Part shown: one piece after another, positions 16,665 through 23,908 of the stretch
Layout of the letters: the number at the start of each line of letters is the position of its first letter
Numbering within the stretch: position 1 is the stretch's first letter
Origin: an uncultured Methylococcaceae bacterium
GTDB lineage: Bacteria; Pseudomonadota; Gammaproteobacteria; Methylococcales; Methylomonadaceae
Direction of reading: 5' to 3'
DNA length: 32,000 bases
NCBI GenBank assembly: GCA_903917345.1
Contig: CAIXAE010000036.1
Span: forward strand, 43,604-75,603
The notes under the pieces: generated by a model
Database searches by the model: none
Seen by the model: only the letters and a program-made list of their open reading frames with translations
Told to the model about the DNA's origin: nothing
Position numbers and translations under genes: made by a program

Positions 16665-17564
16665 TCAAAGTTTTAGTTCGTTCTGACAAATTAGGACGTC
16701 ACAAACCTGTTTCGCTGTAGGTCGTTGCGCAGGATTGGGGTTTAAACAAGCATTTAATGTATTTTCTAATACCTGAGGTGATTCTATTTCATTGACAGAT
16801 TGTTTGATTTTTATGGGTGAAAAATGCCCCATAAATGCAGCATGTTCATAGCTATCATCTAGATTTTTATGGAATGGATGCTCACCTGCTAACAATTGCC
16901 CTAAGACAATGCCGCAACTAAAAATATCTGATGCATGGGACGGCGTTTTATCATCAATATGCTCTGGAGACATATAGAAACTGGTACCTACATACCCCTG
17001 TAAACCATGCCAAGGCGCTTGCTTATCTGAAAAGAAAGACCAGTCTAAATCAATAATTCTTAATATATAACCACTGTCTACAGTAGTGTCAGGCATCAGT
17101 ATCAAATTATCTGGCTTTATATCGCAATGCACAATTTTATGGTCATGCAGGGCTTTAACTCCTAACATTAAGTCATTAGCAAACGTGAGTCTATCTGACC
17201 AAGTAAACTCATAATAATGCTCAAAACAATAGGCTAACGTTTTACTCCCATTGATAAACTCAAAGACTTGATAGAAATAATTATCTTCAAAGAACTCAAC
17301 AATTTTGTAACAGTGACTCCGTGTTTCACTATTATCTTGTATACATTTTTTTATTTTCTGCTGATGAGTAACATATTCGCCAAACCAGTCAATGATAGGC
17401 GTAGGAAATTTATACTGTTTAAAAAAGACGCGCTCACCTGTTAAGGATTTAGCTTTGTAAGCGATGGCAAAAGCACCACGACTCAGCTCTTCGATAATTT
17501 GATAACCGTTTTTAATAATCCCTTTAGGAAATAGTTCTGGCATAAATATAATTGAATAAGACAA
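16665..17564 (-). CDS. Hanks-type Ser/Thr protein kinase (kinase domain only)
   Basis: Gly-loop-like LSRGAFAIAY, Lys in VFFKQY, catalytic loop HCDIKPDNL, a DLD triplet in place of DFG, and GTSFYMSPE. There are 9 nt between its stop and the next start. Confidence 0.85.
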   Translation of the reverse strand: MSYSIIFMPELFPKGIIKNGYQIIEELSRGAFAIAYKAKSLTGERVFFKQYKFPTPIIDWFGEYVTHQQKIKKCIQDNSETRSHCYKIVEFFEDNYFYQVFEFINGSKTLAYCFEHYYEFTWSDRLTFANDLMLGVKALHDHKIVHCDIKPDNLILMPDTTVDSGYILRIIDLDWSFFSDKQAPWHGLQGYVGTSFYMSPEHIDDKTPSHASDIFSCGIVLGQLLAGEHPFHKNLDDSYEHAAFMGHFSPIKIKQSVNEIESPQVLENTLNACLNPNPAQRPTAKQVCDVLICQNELKL

Positions 17565-17780
17565 ATATAATCAGTGAATACTAATATATAAATCAGTAAC
17601 AATGAAATCTTTCTTCTCTAACCTGCTTTAAGATTTTGCGCTAGTTAGAAAAAACAGTATATATCCTGAAAACGACAACTTATGTCCGTTACAATAAAAA
17701 AAACATGCTTTTCTTTTGATGTGTCTAACTAGACAGGTTAGATCACTAGATTTTGTGGGCATTTCTAGGATTTTGGGTAT

Positions 17781-18360
17781 CTTGCTGAAACTTAGGGTGG
17801 CGTGCTGAAACCTGAGGTTGGGCATTAAAACTTCAGCTTTTGAAATGCGGTACTGGTTTTAATGTTAGAACTTTTAGTGCTGGTTTGGCACTTAGGTTTG
17901 CGTTATTAAACCTAAATTTACTGGCTGGCACATGAGTTTTAATATTAGGCCGCAAGTTTAAACACTGACACAATAACTTGATTGTTAAACCTTAGGTTTA
18001 AGTCCGGGGCTTTTTGCTCGAGTATTGGAACTTACATTTGAATACGGGTACACAAGTTTGGCTACTGGAGCAAAGGGTTGAGTCTTGGTACAAAAGTTTT
18101 AGTGTGGGCATTCAAGTTTTATTCCTACCAAATAGAATTGGAGTTTGGCCCCAAGATTTTAAGAGTGGCACCCTAGTTTAATTGTTGATATTTAGGTTTA
18201 AGCGCCCAACCCTAGAATAAAGGCTTGGACCTCAAGTTTGAATGCTACCCCTCAAGTTTACATACTGGGACAGATAATTGAATGTTAGATCGTGTGTTTA
18301 ACTTTTAGGGCTGTTTTGAATCACGCACTAAAAAAGCTTTAAGTGTTGCACCTAAAGCTT
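17781..18360. repeat. array of 29 degenerate 20-bp tandem units in perfect register (non-coding)
   Basis: Written as 20-mers from 17781, the columns align with no indel. By hand count, col 18 is T in 27/29 units, col 6 is T in 24/29, col 19 is T in 24/29, col 11 is C in 23/29, and cols 7 and 8 are each G in 17/29. The approximate consensus is ArTnyTGGnACytAaGTTTr. Two related but out-of-phase copies may lie at 17741-17780. Confidence 0.85.
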
Positions 18361-18361
18361 T
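18329..18361 (-). terminator. weak candidate intrinsic terminator after the FN3-like gene
   Basis: The minus-strand transcript reads aaagcttta-(11 nt)-taaagcttt-tttt. The 9-bp stem is AT-rich with only 2 GC pairs. It overlaps the last units of the 20-bp array. Confidence 0.3.
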
Positions 18362-18371
18362 AATGCGCTTT

Positions 18372-18986
18372 TTAGTTGACGATTTTTAAAACGGGGACAC
18401 AAAATTCGGTAGTACCTGACGGAGTCACGGCAGCCACTCTGACGGCTATAATGCTACCGGGGTCTAAGCCTTTCATTACATAAGAAGCAGACGTTGTCAT
18501 CTCAACTGTTTTCCAATCTGTCTCTAATGTAGGAATACCTCCATTACCTATCTGCCAAATGTAAACACCAGCTGCGTATATGGCTTTGGTGATAAATTTA
18601 ACCTCACCTGGATGAACTCCATCAACCACAGATAATATTTGCTTGGTTACGGGAGGTAACTCTCTACTAATATTAAAACCACTACTTAAAAGCTTAGTTT
18701 CATCGCCATTTGCCACTTGATTAACATATTGCGCATACACTCTAATTATATTATCTAGCGCCGTTTCTTTATCATGCATTATTGATTTGGCCGTTTGGCT
18801 GCCATCGTCAGCGGCTATAACGGCTGCTTCTAACGCATCAATGGCTAAAGTAAACTCAGCCAAAGGAATATAAGGTTGTGTGTAAAAAGTATTAGCCGTC
18901 ATTTTGACAACAATATTGCGGCTAGCAATGATTTTTTCGCGGATAGGAAACTTAACAATATCGATTAGTGCTCTTAGAATCTTCAT
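18372..18986 (-). CDS. hypothetical protein with a C-terminal fibronectin-type-III-like beta domain
   Basis: 204-aa ORF. The C-terminal ~90 aa (VHPGEVKF..YIWQIG..DWKTV..YVMKGLDPGSIIAVRVAAVTPSG) has the FN3 strand pattern. The N-terminal half is helical and unassigned. Confidence 0.5.
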   Translation of the reverse strand: MKILRALIDIVKFPIREKIIASRNIVVKMTANTFYTQPYIPLAEFTLAIDALEAAVIAADDGSQTAKSIMHDKETALDNIIRVYAQYVNQVANGDETKLLSSGFNISRELPPVTKQILSVVDGVHPGEVKFITKAIYAAGVYIWQIGNGGIPTLETDWKTVEMTTSASYVMKGLDPGSIIAVRVAAVTPSGTTEFCVPVLKIVN

Positions 18987-19140
18987 GATCTTTTCCTGTA
19001 GTTAAATGTTTAAAGTGGTTTGTCACGACACTCACTATAGGCTACTTCCTGAAATATAAACTTTTATTTTCAATAATTTACAAAAAACATCAATGATTAT
19101 GCTGTTATTTTCGGCTATCTTGCTGATAAGTTACAGTTAT

Positions 19141-20277
19141 TTAAATTTCTTCCAAGGAATACCTTTTTTGATTAAGGGAGTATTTGGCGGCTTTAATAGC
19201 CGATAAAGGCACACGCAAAACCGTTTTATCTTCTACTTTTGGATTTAAAGCCGCGTTGGCAATGTTAACCATGTCATCCGCGCTCAGCGTTAAGGCTGTC
19301 GCATCTATAAAACTGACAAACCCTTTATGTACCAGATCTTTATTTTTATTTAACGTAATAATCACACTAGACACATTGCGTCTCCAACTAAACAGATCTG
19401 TTGGCAGTTTAATGACAGATTCAATCCAGTCTTCATCAACGATCATTTTTTTGATTTTTGCATCATAAGACCCTTTATCTAAGAATCTTGTGGGTAATGC
19501 CAATAACACTTTTCCCTGTGCATGCGTATGAAATAAGCCAAACTGTAGCCATAATGATTCCATCGTATATTTAGCATTTTCAACATTCAGCAACTTATAA
19601 TTAACCTGCTCAAGCTTTACTAATTCTTTCGCTGTAAATTTTGGATGATACTCTGGGGTAATCAGCACAAGATCGGCATTTTTGGGTATTTGATCAGGAT
19701 CTAAGAGATCATTCATATAAGAATAGGTTCCTGTTACCCCTTTTATAGCCATTAACTTTTTGCCGATGTCTGCCAGGCTGCGGTAATATTCAGTTAACTC
19801 AAGCTTTTCGGCATTCAACCCCCAACCCAACTGACCCAGACTCGCACAGGGGATAAACACCTGTTTTTTAGTATCGTGTTTAGTTAAGGCAAGCATCAAC
19901 GCCGAGATACGTTGGCCGTCATAAGCAGGGCGAAACAGAGCGCCAAACTGCTCATAATAATCAACCACCTCATCAGCAAATAATGAGAAATCATCAATAT
20001 TAGCCACTTCTTTAAGCAACTTAGCTAAGCCACTTTGAGAGGGTAATCGACTACTATGTTCTGTTCTTAGCACATGATTTTCTTGTTGTTTAAGCACGGC
20101 CAATAATCTAGGCGCCTGCTCTTCAAGTGGTAAATCAACAAGCGCCATAAACGTTTTAGGATCTGCTTTATAAGAACGCACCATGGATAAAAAAGTATTC
20201 ATAGTGCCAGAATGCCACCACCCTCCCGTAAATATAATGGACGGTGAAAAATGCTCTAATGCAGATAATATATTCAT
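19141..20277 (-). CDS. HsdM/N6-adenine-methyltransferase-like protein with degenerate motifs I and IV
   Basis: The C-terminal half matches the N6_Mtase pattern (LLALPTRFLDKGSYDAKIKKMIVDEDWIESVIKLPTDLFSWRRNVSSVIITLNKNK..FIDAT..YSLNQKRY). Motif IV reads DLVLITPEY instead of NPPF/Y (19648-19659). Motif I reads FIPCASLGQLG instead of DP.cGsG. Confidence 0.65.
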   Translation of the reverse strand: MNILSALEHFSPSIIFTGGWWHSGTMNTFLSMVRSYKADPKTFMALVDLPLEEQAPRLLAVLKQQENHVLRTEHSSRLPSQSGLAKLLKEVANIDDFSLFADEVVDYYEQFGALFRPAYDGQRISALMLALTKHDTKKQVFIPCASLGQLGWGLNAEKLELTEYYRSLADIGKKLMAIKGVTGTYSYMNDLLDPDQIPKNADLVLITPEYHPKFTAKELVKLEQVNYKLLNVENAKYTMESLWLQFGLFHTHAQGKVLLALPTRFLDKGSYDAKIKKMIVDEDWIESVIKLPTDLFSWRRNVSSVIITLNKNKDLVHKGFVSFIDATALTLSADDMVNIANAALNPKVEDKTVLRVPLSAIKAAKYSLNQKRYSLEEI

Positions 20278-20291
20278 TAATACTTCCCCTC

Positions 20292-20519
20292 TTAATCGTC
20301 AAACAAAGGAGGAGTCAATACACAACGAGTTCCATTATTTGCCAAGGGCGTCACAATGCCCCGCGCCTCCATCTCCTCCACAATGAGTGCCGCGCGGTTG
20401 TAACCTATTTTAAATTCACGCTGTACCGCAGATATTGAAGCTCTACGTGATCGGGTAACAAATAATACTGCGGCTTCGTATAAAGGATCGTTTTCGGAGT
20501 GAGTTTCAGTTGTTGTCAT
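20292..20519 (-). CDS. stand-alone FtsK-gamma-domain winged-helix protein
   Basis: [48 protein letters not shown] closely parallels the FtsK/SpoIIIE gamma domain (DpLy.eAv.fV......S.S.lQR...IGYNRAAr....mE..GiV.p). It lies 14 nt upstream of the MTase-like gene. Confidence 0.75.
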   Translation of the reverse strand: MTTTETHSENDPLYEAAVLFVTRSRRASISAVQREFKIGYNRAALIVEEMEARGIVTPLANNGTRCVLTPPLFDD

Positions 20520-20570
20520 ATCAATGCCTGTTAATTAATTAAAGAAATTGTTCAGACAGCACTATAACAA

Positions 20571-20656
20571 ATCAAAACGACAAATCGCGTCGTCTTTAAC
20601 TCTATTTTCTATGAATTAATTTTTTAGTGTTATTCGACTTAGTTTGTCGTTTTGAT
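20571..20656. promoter_or_regulatory. 14-bp perfect inverted repeat (candidate operator pair) in a divergent promoter region
   Basis: atcaaaacgacaaa at 20571-20584 and its exact reverse complement tttgtcgttttgat at 20643-20656, separated by 58 bp. The pair lies between the divergent FtsK-gamma and phosphatase genes. Confidence 0.5.
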
Positions 20657-20697
20657 CTGGATAATAGGCACTTCTACTTTCATGCGTGAGAATTGAA

Positions 20698-21555
20698 ATG
20701 CCGTCAATAATTAAAAAACTCCCTGCCAATATCCACGGTAAAGATTATGTAATCGGTGATTTGCATGGTTGCCTTGATTTACTTGAACGCCTCTTACAAA
20801 AGGTAAACTTTAATGCTCAGCATGATCGTTTATTTTCTGTTGGAGATTTAATTGATCGCGGCCCCTACCCTTTAAGTTGCTTACAACTTTTGCATAAACC
20901 CTGGTTCTTCGCTGTTAAAGGTAATCATGAAGCCATGTTATTAGATTGCATTACGGAATATCTTCCGACAAACACTCTACCCAATACCACAGATTTTGAA
21001 GACAGCGACTTTATTTACAATGGTGGGGAGTGGATTTATAAATGGATAAATATAGAGAATCAATTCATAGCCACTGAATTGAAAGATGCCTTGAGTGCCG
21101 TATTTAAATTACCCTTAATATATATCGTAGGCACGGGGGAATCGCGATTTCATGTGATTCATGCTGAATTAACTAAACCTAACCCGTTTAATCATGATGA
21201 GATGGTTTGGCTAGATAGTGATATTGACCAATGGTATGCGGAAAACAGCATAACAACCGAAGTTGAACAACGCTTATTGTGGAGTCGTTCACTGATGCGC
21301 TTTGATGCTGCTGGCGATTATCCTGCTAAAGTACAAAAGGGCCTTTCGACAACTTTTTGCGGACACTCCATAACAAAAACACCCAAGCAGTTTTTATCCC
21401 ATGTGTGTCTCGATACTGGGGCATTTATGTCTATGAATGGCAACACTGACTTCGGTCTTTCTCTTTATGATGTCAAAGAATCACAGTGTTTATCGACGGC
21501 TTATCATCAAGAGGAAATATCTGTTACAAATCTTTTCATAGAAAAAATAAATTGA
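20698..21555 (+). CDS. PPP-family metallophosphoesterase (PrpA/PrpB or lambda-phosphatase-like Ser/Thr phosphatase)
   Basis: Motifs GDLHGC, GDLIDRGP and GNHE are present in the canonical order. The ORF track starts at GTG 20686, but ATG 20698 (MPSIIKKL) is equally plausible. Confidence 0.85.
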   Translation: MPSIIKKLPANIHGKDYVIGDLHGCLDLLERLLQKVNFNAQHDRLFSVGDLIDRGPYPLSCLQLLHKPWFFAVKGNHEAMLLDCITEYLPTNTLPNTTDFEDSDFIYNGGEWIYKWINIENQFIATELKDALSAVFKLPLIYIVGTGESRFHVIHAELTKPNPFNHDEMVWLDSDIDQWYAENSITTEVEQRLLWSRSLMRFDAAGDYPAKVQKGLSTTFCGHSITKTPKQFLSHVCLDTGAFMSMNGNTDFGLSLYDVKESQCLSTAYHQEEISVTNLFIEKIN

Positions 21556-21633
21556 TTACTTTTTATTAAACGACACCTACTGTCGTAATGCATAGCTACA
21601 CTACCTATTCAATTTACTAACCCAAAGGTCATT

Positions 21634-23898
21634 ATGTCTACTGCCATTCGTTTAGTGTCACAAAACAACCCAAAGAACTTTCCTCGCGATCCGACTAAAA
21701 CACTCGCTGCGTTAATGAGTTTACGTTTTGCTATGAATTATGATTCAGAGGGTGACTATCAAGAAGATATAAGAACAGCTAATAGCAATTGGTTAAGCGT
21801 GGTCGGCGATTTTATAAACTGGCCTGCTGATTTACTTCAAGGTTTTGAAGCGGCCTCTAATCTCGAACAGTCTATTGAAGAAGAACCTTTAAAATATAGA
21901 TCACGCTCGAAATTAAGAGGGATAAAACATGAAACCACTTATTGGGATAATGTCTTTAATCATTTTACTGACACTTACTTTAAGCAAAAATCCAGACTGG
22001 ATCATTTGTTTTTTGAATCAATCTCCGAATTAGAAAAACATTGGGCCGATGTATGTGCAAATGACACTGCCTCACAAAATATTAGCTTACTGGCTAACAT
22101 GTTGGCGCTGAGTGATGCGGAGCGTGCACTCCTTTGTTATTTAGCGCATCGTCAATCTAAAAACTTTAAAACGTTTAACGCTATCGAGTTTATTTCATAC
22201 CCTGTTGCTACTAAAGTATTGAGCTGCATGTTAGCTATTGAGTTTTCTGACATAACAATGGCTCTACACCCCAAAAGTATCTTAGTTAAAAACAATATCA
22301 TTAATAAAGATTATGTTTATCCCGAATGGCATGATTTTATTAGTCTTTGGGAGCATTTTAGAAACATTATCAATATCCCTAATAATTCGCTAGAAGAATT
22401 AATGGGGCAATTTGTGGCACAAACAACGACGGGGCATTTGACAGTTGCAGACATGCCTCATTTAGAAGATACCATTAAGATACTAATACCTACTTTACAG
22501 AATGCACTTAAAGCAAAAGCGACCGGCGTTAATATTTTACTTTATGGCCCTCCAGGCACGGGTAAAACACAACTAGCTAAACTATTGGCAGAATCTATTA
22601 ATGCCAATCTTTACGAGGTCAGTTCTTCTGATGAGTCTGGCACGCCTATTAACGATAGAGAGCGTTTTATTGCCCATAATATGGCGCAAAGTTTTCTAGG
22701 GAGTAGCGAAGACACGTTGATTTTATTTGACGAGGTCGAAGACGTGCTAAGTCTGTATGACGATCATTCATTTTCTAGAGCGTCTGATAAGAGAAACTCA
22801 AGAGGTTGTTTTAATAAAGCCTGGATCAATGAGCAATTGGAATCAAATATTATTCCTACTATTTGGATTTGCAACAATCATGAGGATATTGATCATGCTT
22901 TTTTAAGACGCTTTATTTATACCCTTGAGATCACCACCCCTCCCCGCTCTATTCGTGAAAATATTGCACGAAACTATTTAAATGAATTTAACTTAGGCGA
23001 CAGCGTATTTAAAAAGATCAGCCAACATGAGTATCTAAGCCCAGCGCAATTAGAGTCTGCTGCTCGTTTAGTTAAATTAAACGGCAGCACTGATCGTGCC
23101 GATATTGAGAAGATTTTAGATAAATCGCTAATCAATAGCATGAATTTAATGGGGCAAAAGCATAATCTCGTGATGCAATCAAGCATTACACCTTACAGTC
23201 TTGATTATTTAAATGTGGATACGTCTGTTCCTTTAGAGCGTTTAATTCGTTCTTTAAAAAAGACCCCTAAAGTTAATCTTTGTTTTTATGGACATCCCGG
23301 TACTGGCAAAACACAATTAGCCGAATATCTAGCGGAGGCGCTTGATAAACCCTTATTAATTAAACGCGCTTCTGATTTGTTAGCGGCTTATGTCGGTGAG
23401 AATGAGAAGAATATTGCTTCTATTTTTGCTGAAGCCACTAAAGAAAATGCGATTTTATTTCTTGATGAGGCGGATTCTTTTTTAAGAAAACGTGAAAACA
23501 TGACTAAAAACTGGGAAGTCAGTCAGGTTAACGAGTTGTTACAACAAATGGAACGTTTTAACGGTATTTTTATCTGTGCGACTAATTTGTTTAATCATCT
23601 TGATCAAGCCGCTTTAAGACGTTTTGTCTTTAAAATTCGTTTTGATTATTTAACCTTACCCCAAAGACAGTCTTTATTTGCCAACAGTTTAGCGATACCT
23701 GAAAGCGAAATACCCACTGCCCATCTTAAGCGTTTAGCCCTATTAACTACGCTTGCGCCAGGTGATTTTGCGACGGTATTAAAGCAAGCGACCCTTTTAG
23801 ATGAAGCGCTCTCTTCAGAGGAGTTGGTGTCTCAATTAGAGAAAGAATGCAGCATTAAACAAGGGAATAAAACCCAACACCCCATTGGTTTTATTTAG
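21634..23898 (+). CDS. tandem AAA+ ATPase with a ~290-aa unassigned N-terminal region
   Basis: There are two Walker A/B sets. The first is ILLYGPPGTGKTQLAKLL with LILFDEVED. The second is LCFYGHPGTGKTQLAEYL with ILFLDEADS. The second module is classical-clade-like (YVGENEKNIASIF). Confidence 0.85.
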   Translation: MSTAIRLVSQNNPKNFPRDPTKTLAALMSLRFAMNYDSEGDYQEDIRTANSNWLSVVGDFINWPADLLQGFEAASNLEQSIEEEPLKYRSRSKLRGIKHETTYWDNVFNHFTDTYFKQKSRLDHLFFESISELEKHWADVCANDTASQNISLLANMLALSDAERALLCYLAHRQSKNFKTFNAIEFISYPVATKVLSCMLAIEFSDITMALHPKSILVKNNIINKDYVYPEWHDFISLWEHFRNIINIPNNSLEELMGQFVAQTTTGHLTVADMPHLEDTIKILIPTLQNALKAKATGVNILLYGPPGTGKTQLAKLLAESINANLYEVSSSDESGTPINDRERFIAHNMAQSFLGSSEDTLILFDEVEDVLSLYDDHSFSRASDKRNSRGCFNKAWINEQLESNIIPTIWICNNHEDIDHAFLRRFIYTLEITTPPRSIRENIARNYLNEFNLGDSVFKKISQHEYLSPAQLESAARLVKLNGSTDRADIEKILDKSLINSMNLMGQKHNLVMQSSITPYSLDYLNVDTSVPLERLIRSLKKTPKVNLCFYGHPGTGKTQLAEYLAEALDKPLLIKRASDLLAAYVGENEKNIASIFAEATKENAILFLDEADSFLRKRENMTKNWEVSQVNELLQQMERFNGIFICATNLFNHLDQAALRRFVFKIRFDYLTLPQRQSLFANSLAIPESEIPTAHLKRLALLTTLAPGDFATVLKQATLLDEALSSEELVSQLEKECSIKQGNKTQHPIGFI

Positions 23899-23908
23899 GA
23901 GAAACAGA

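Noticed and set aside
17628-17825. 65-aa minus-strand ORF from the track.
   Set aside because: It runs into the repeat array and promoter region, has no convincing RBS, no recognisable motif and an odd composition. It is most likely a chance ORF.
17881-17896. Units of the 20-bp array resemble sigma-54 promoters (tggcacttaggtttgc against TGGCAC-N5-TTGC), which suggests an array of -24/-12 elements.
   Set aside because: In the best unit the GC dinucleotide lies one base further from the GG than the strictly spaced canonical element allows. Most other units end in GTTTr followed by A and have no GC at all. A resemblance of the TGGCAC half alone is not enough.
17781-18360. The array as a CRISPR locus.
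   Set aside because: There is no alternation of conserved repeats with unique spacers. The 20-bp period is too short, the units are all degenerate versions of one motif, and no cas genes or leader are present.
17781-18360. The array as a CsrB/RsmZ-type protein-sponge RNA or as a coding tandem repeat.
   Set aside because: GGA motifs occur in only a handful of the 29 units, so a CsrA/RsmA sponge is not supported. The 20-nt period is not a multiple of three and every frame is broken by stops. An RNA role in general is not excluded.
20183-20438. Plus-strand ORFs 20183-20386 and 20244-20438 spanning the MTase-like start and the FtsK-gamma gene.
   Set aside because: They lie antisense to two genes with clear family signatures and have no motifs of their own.
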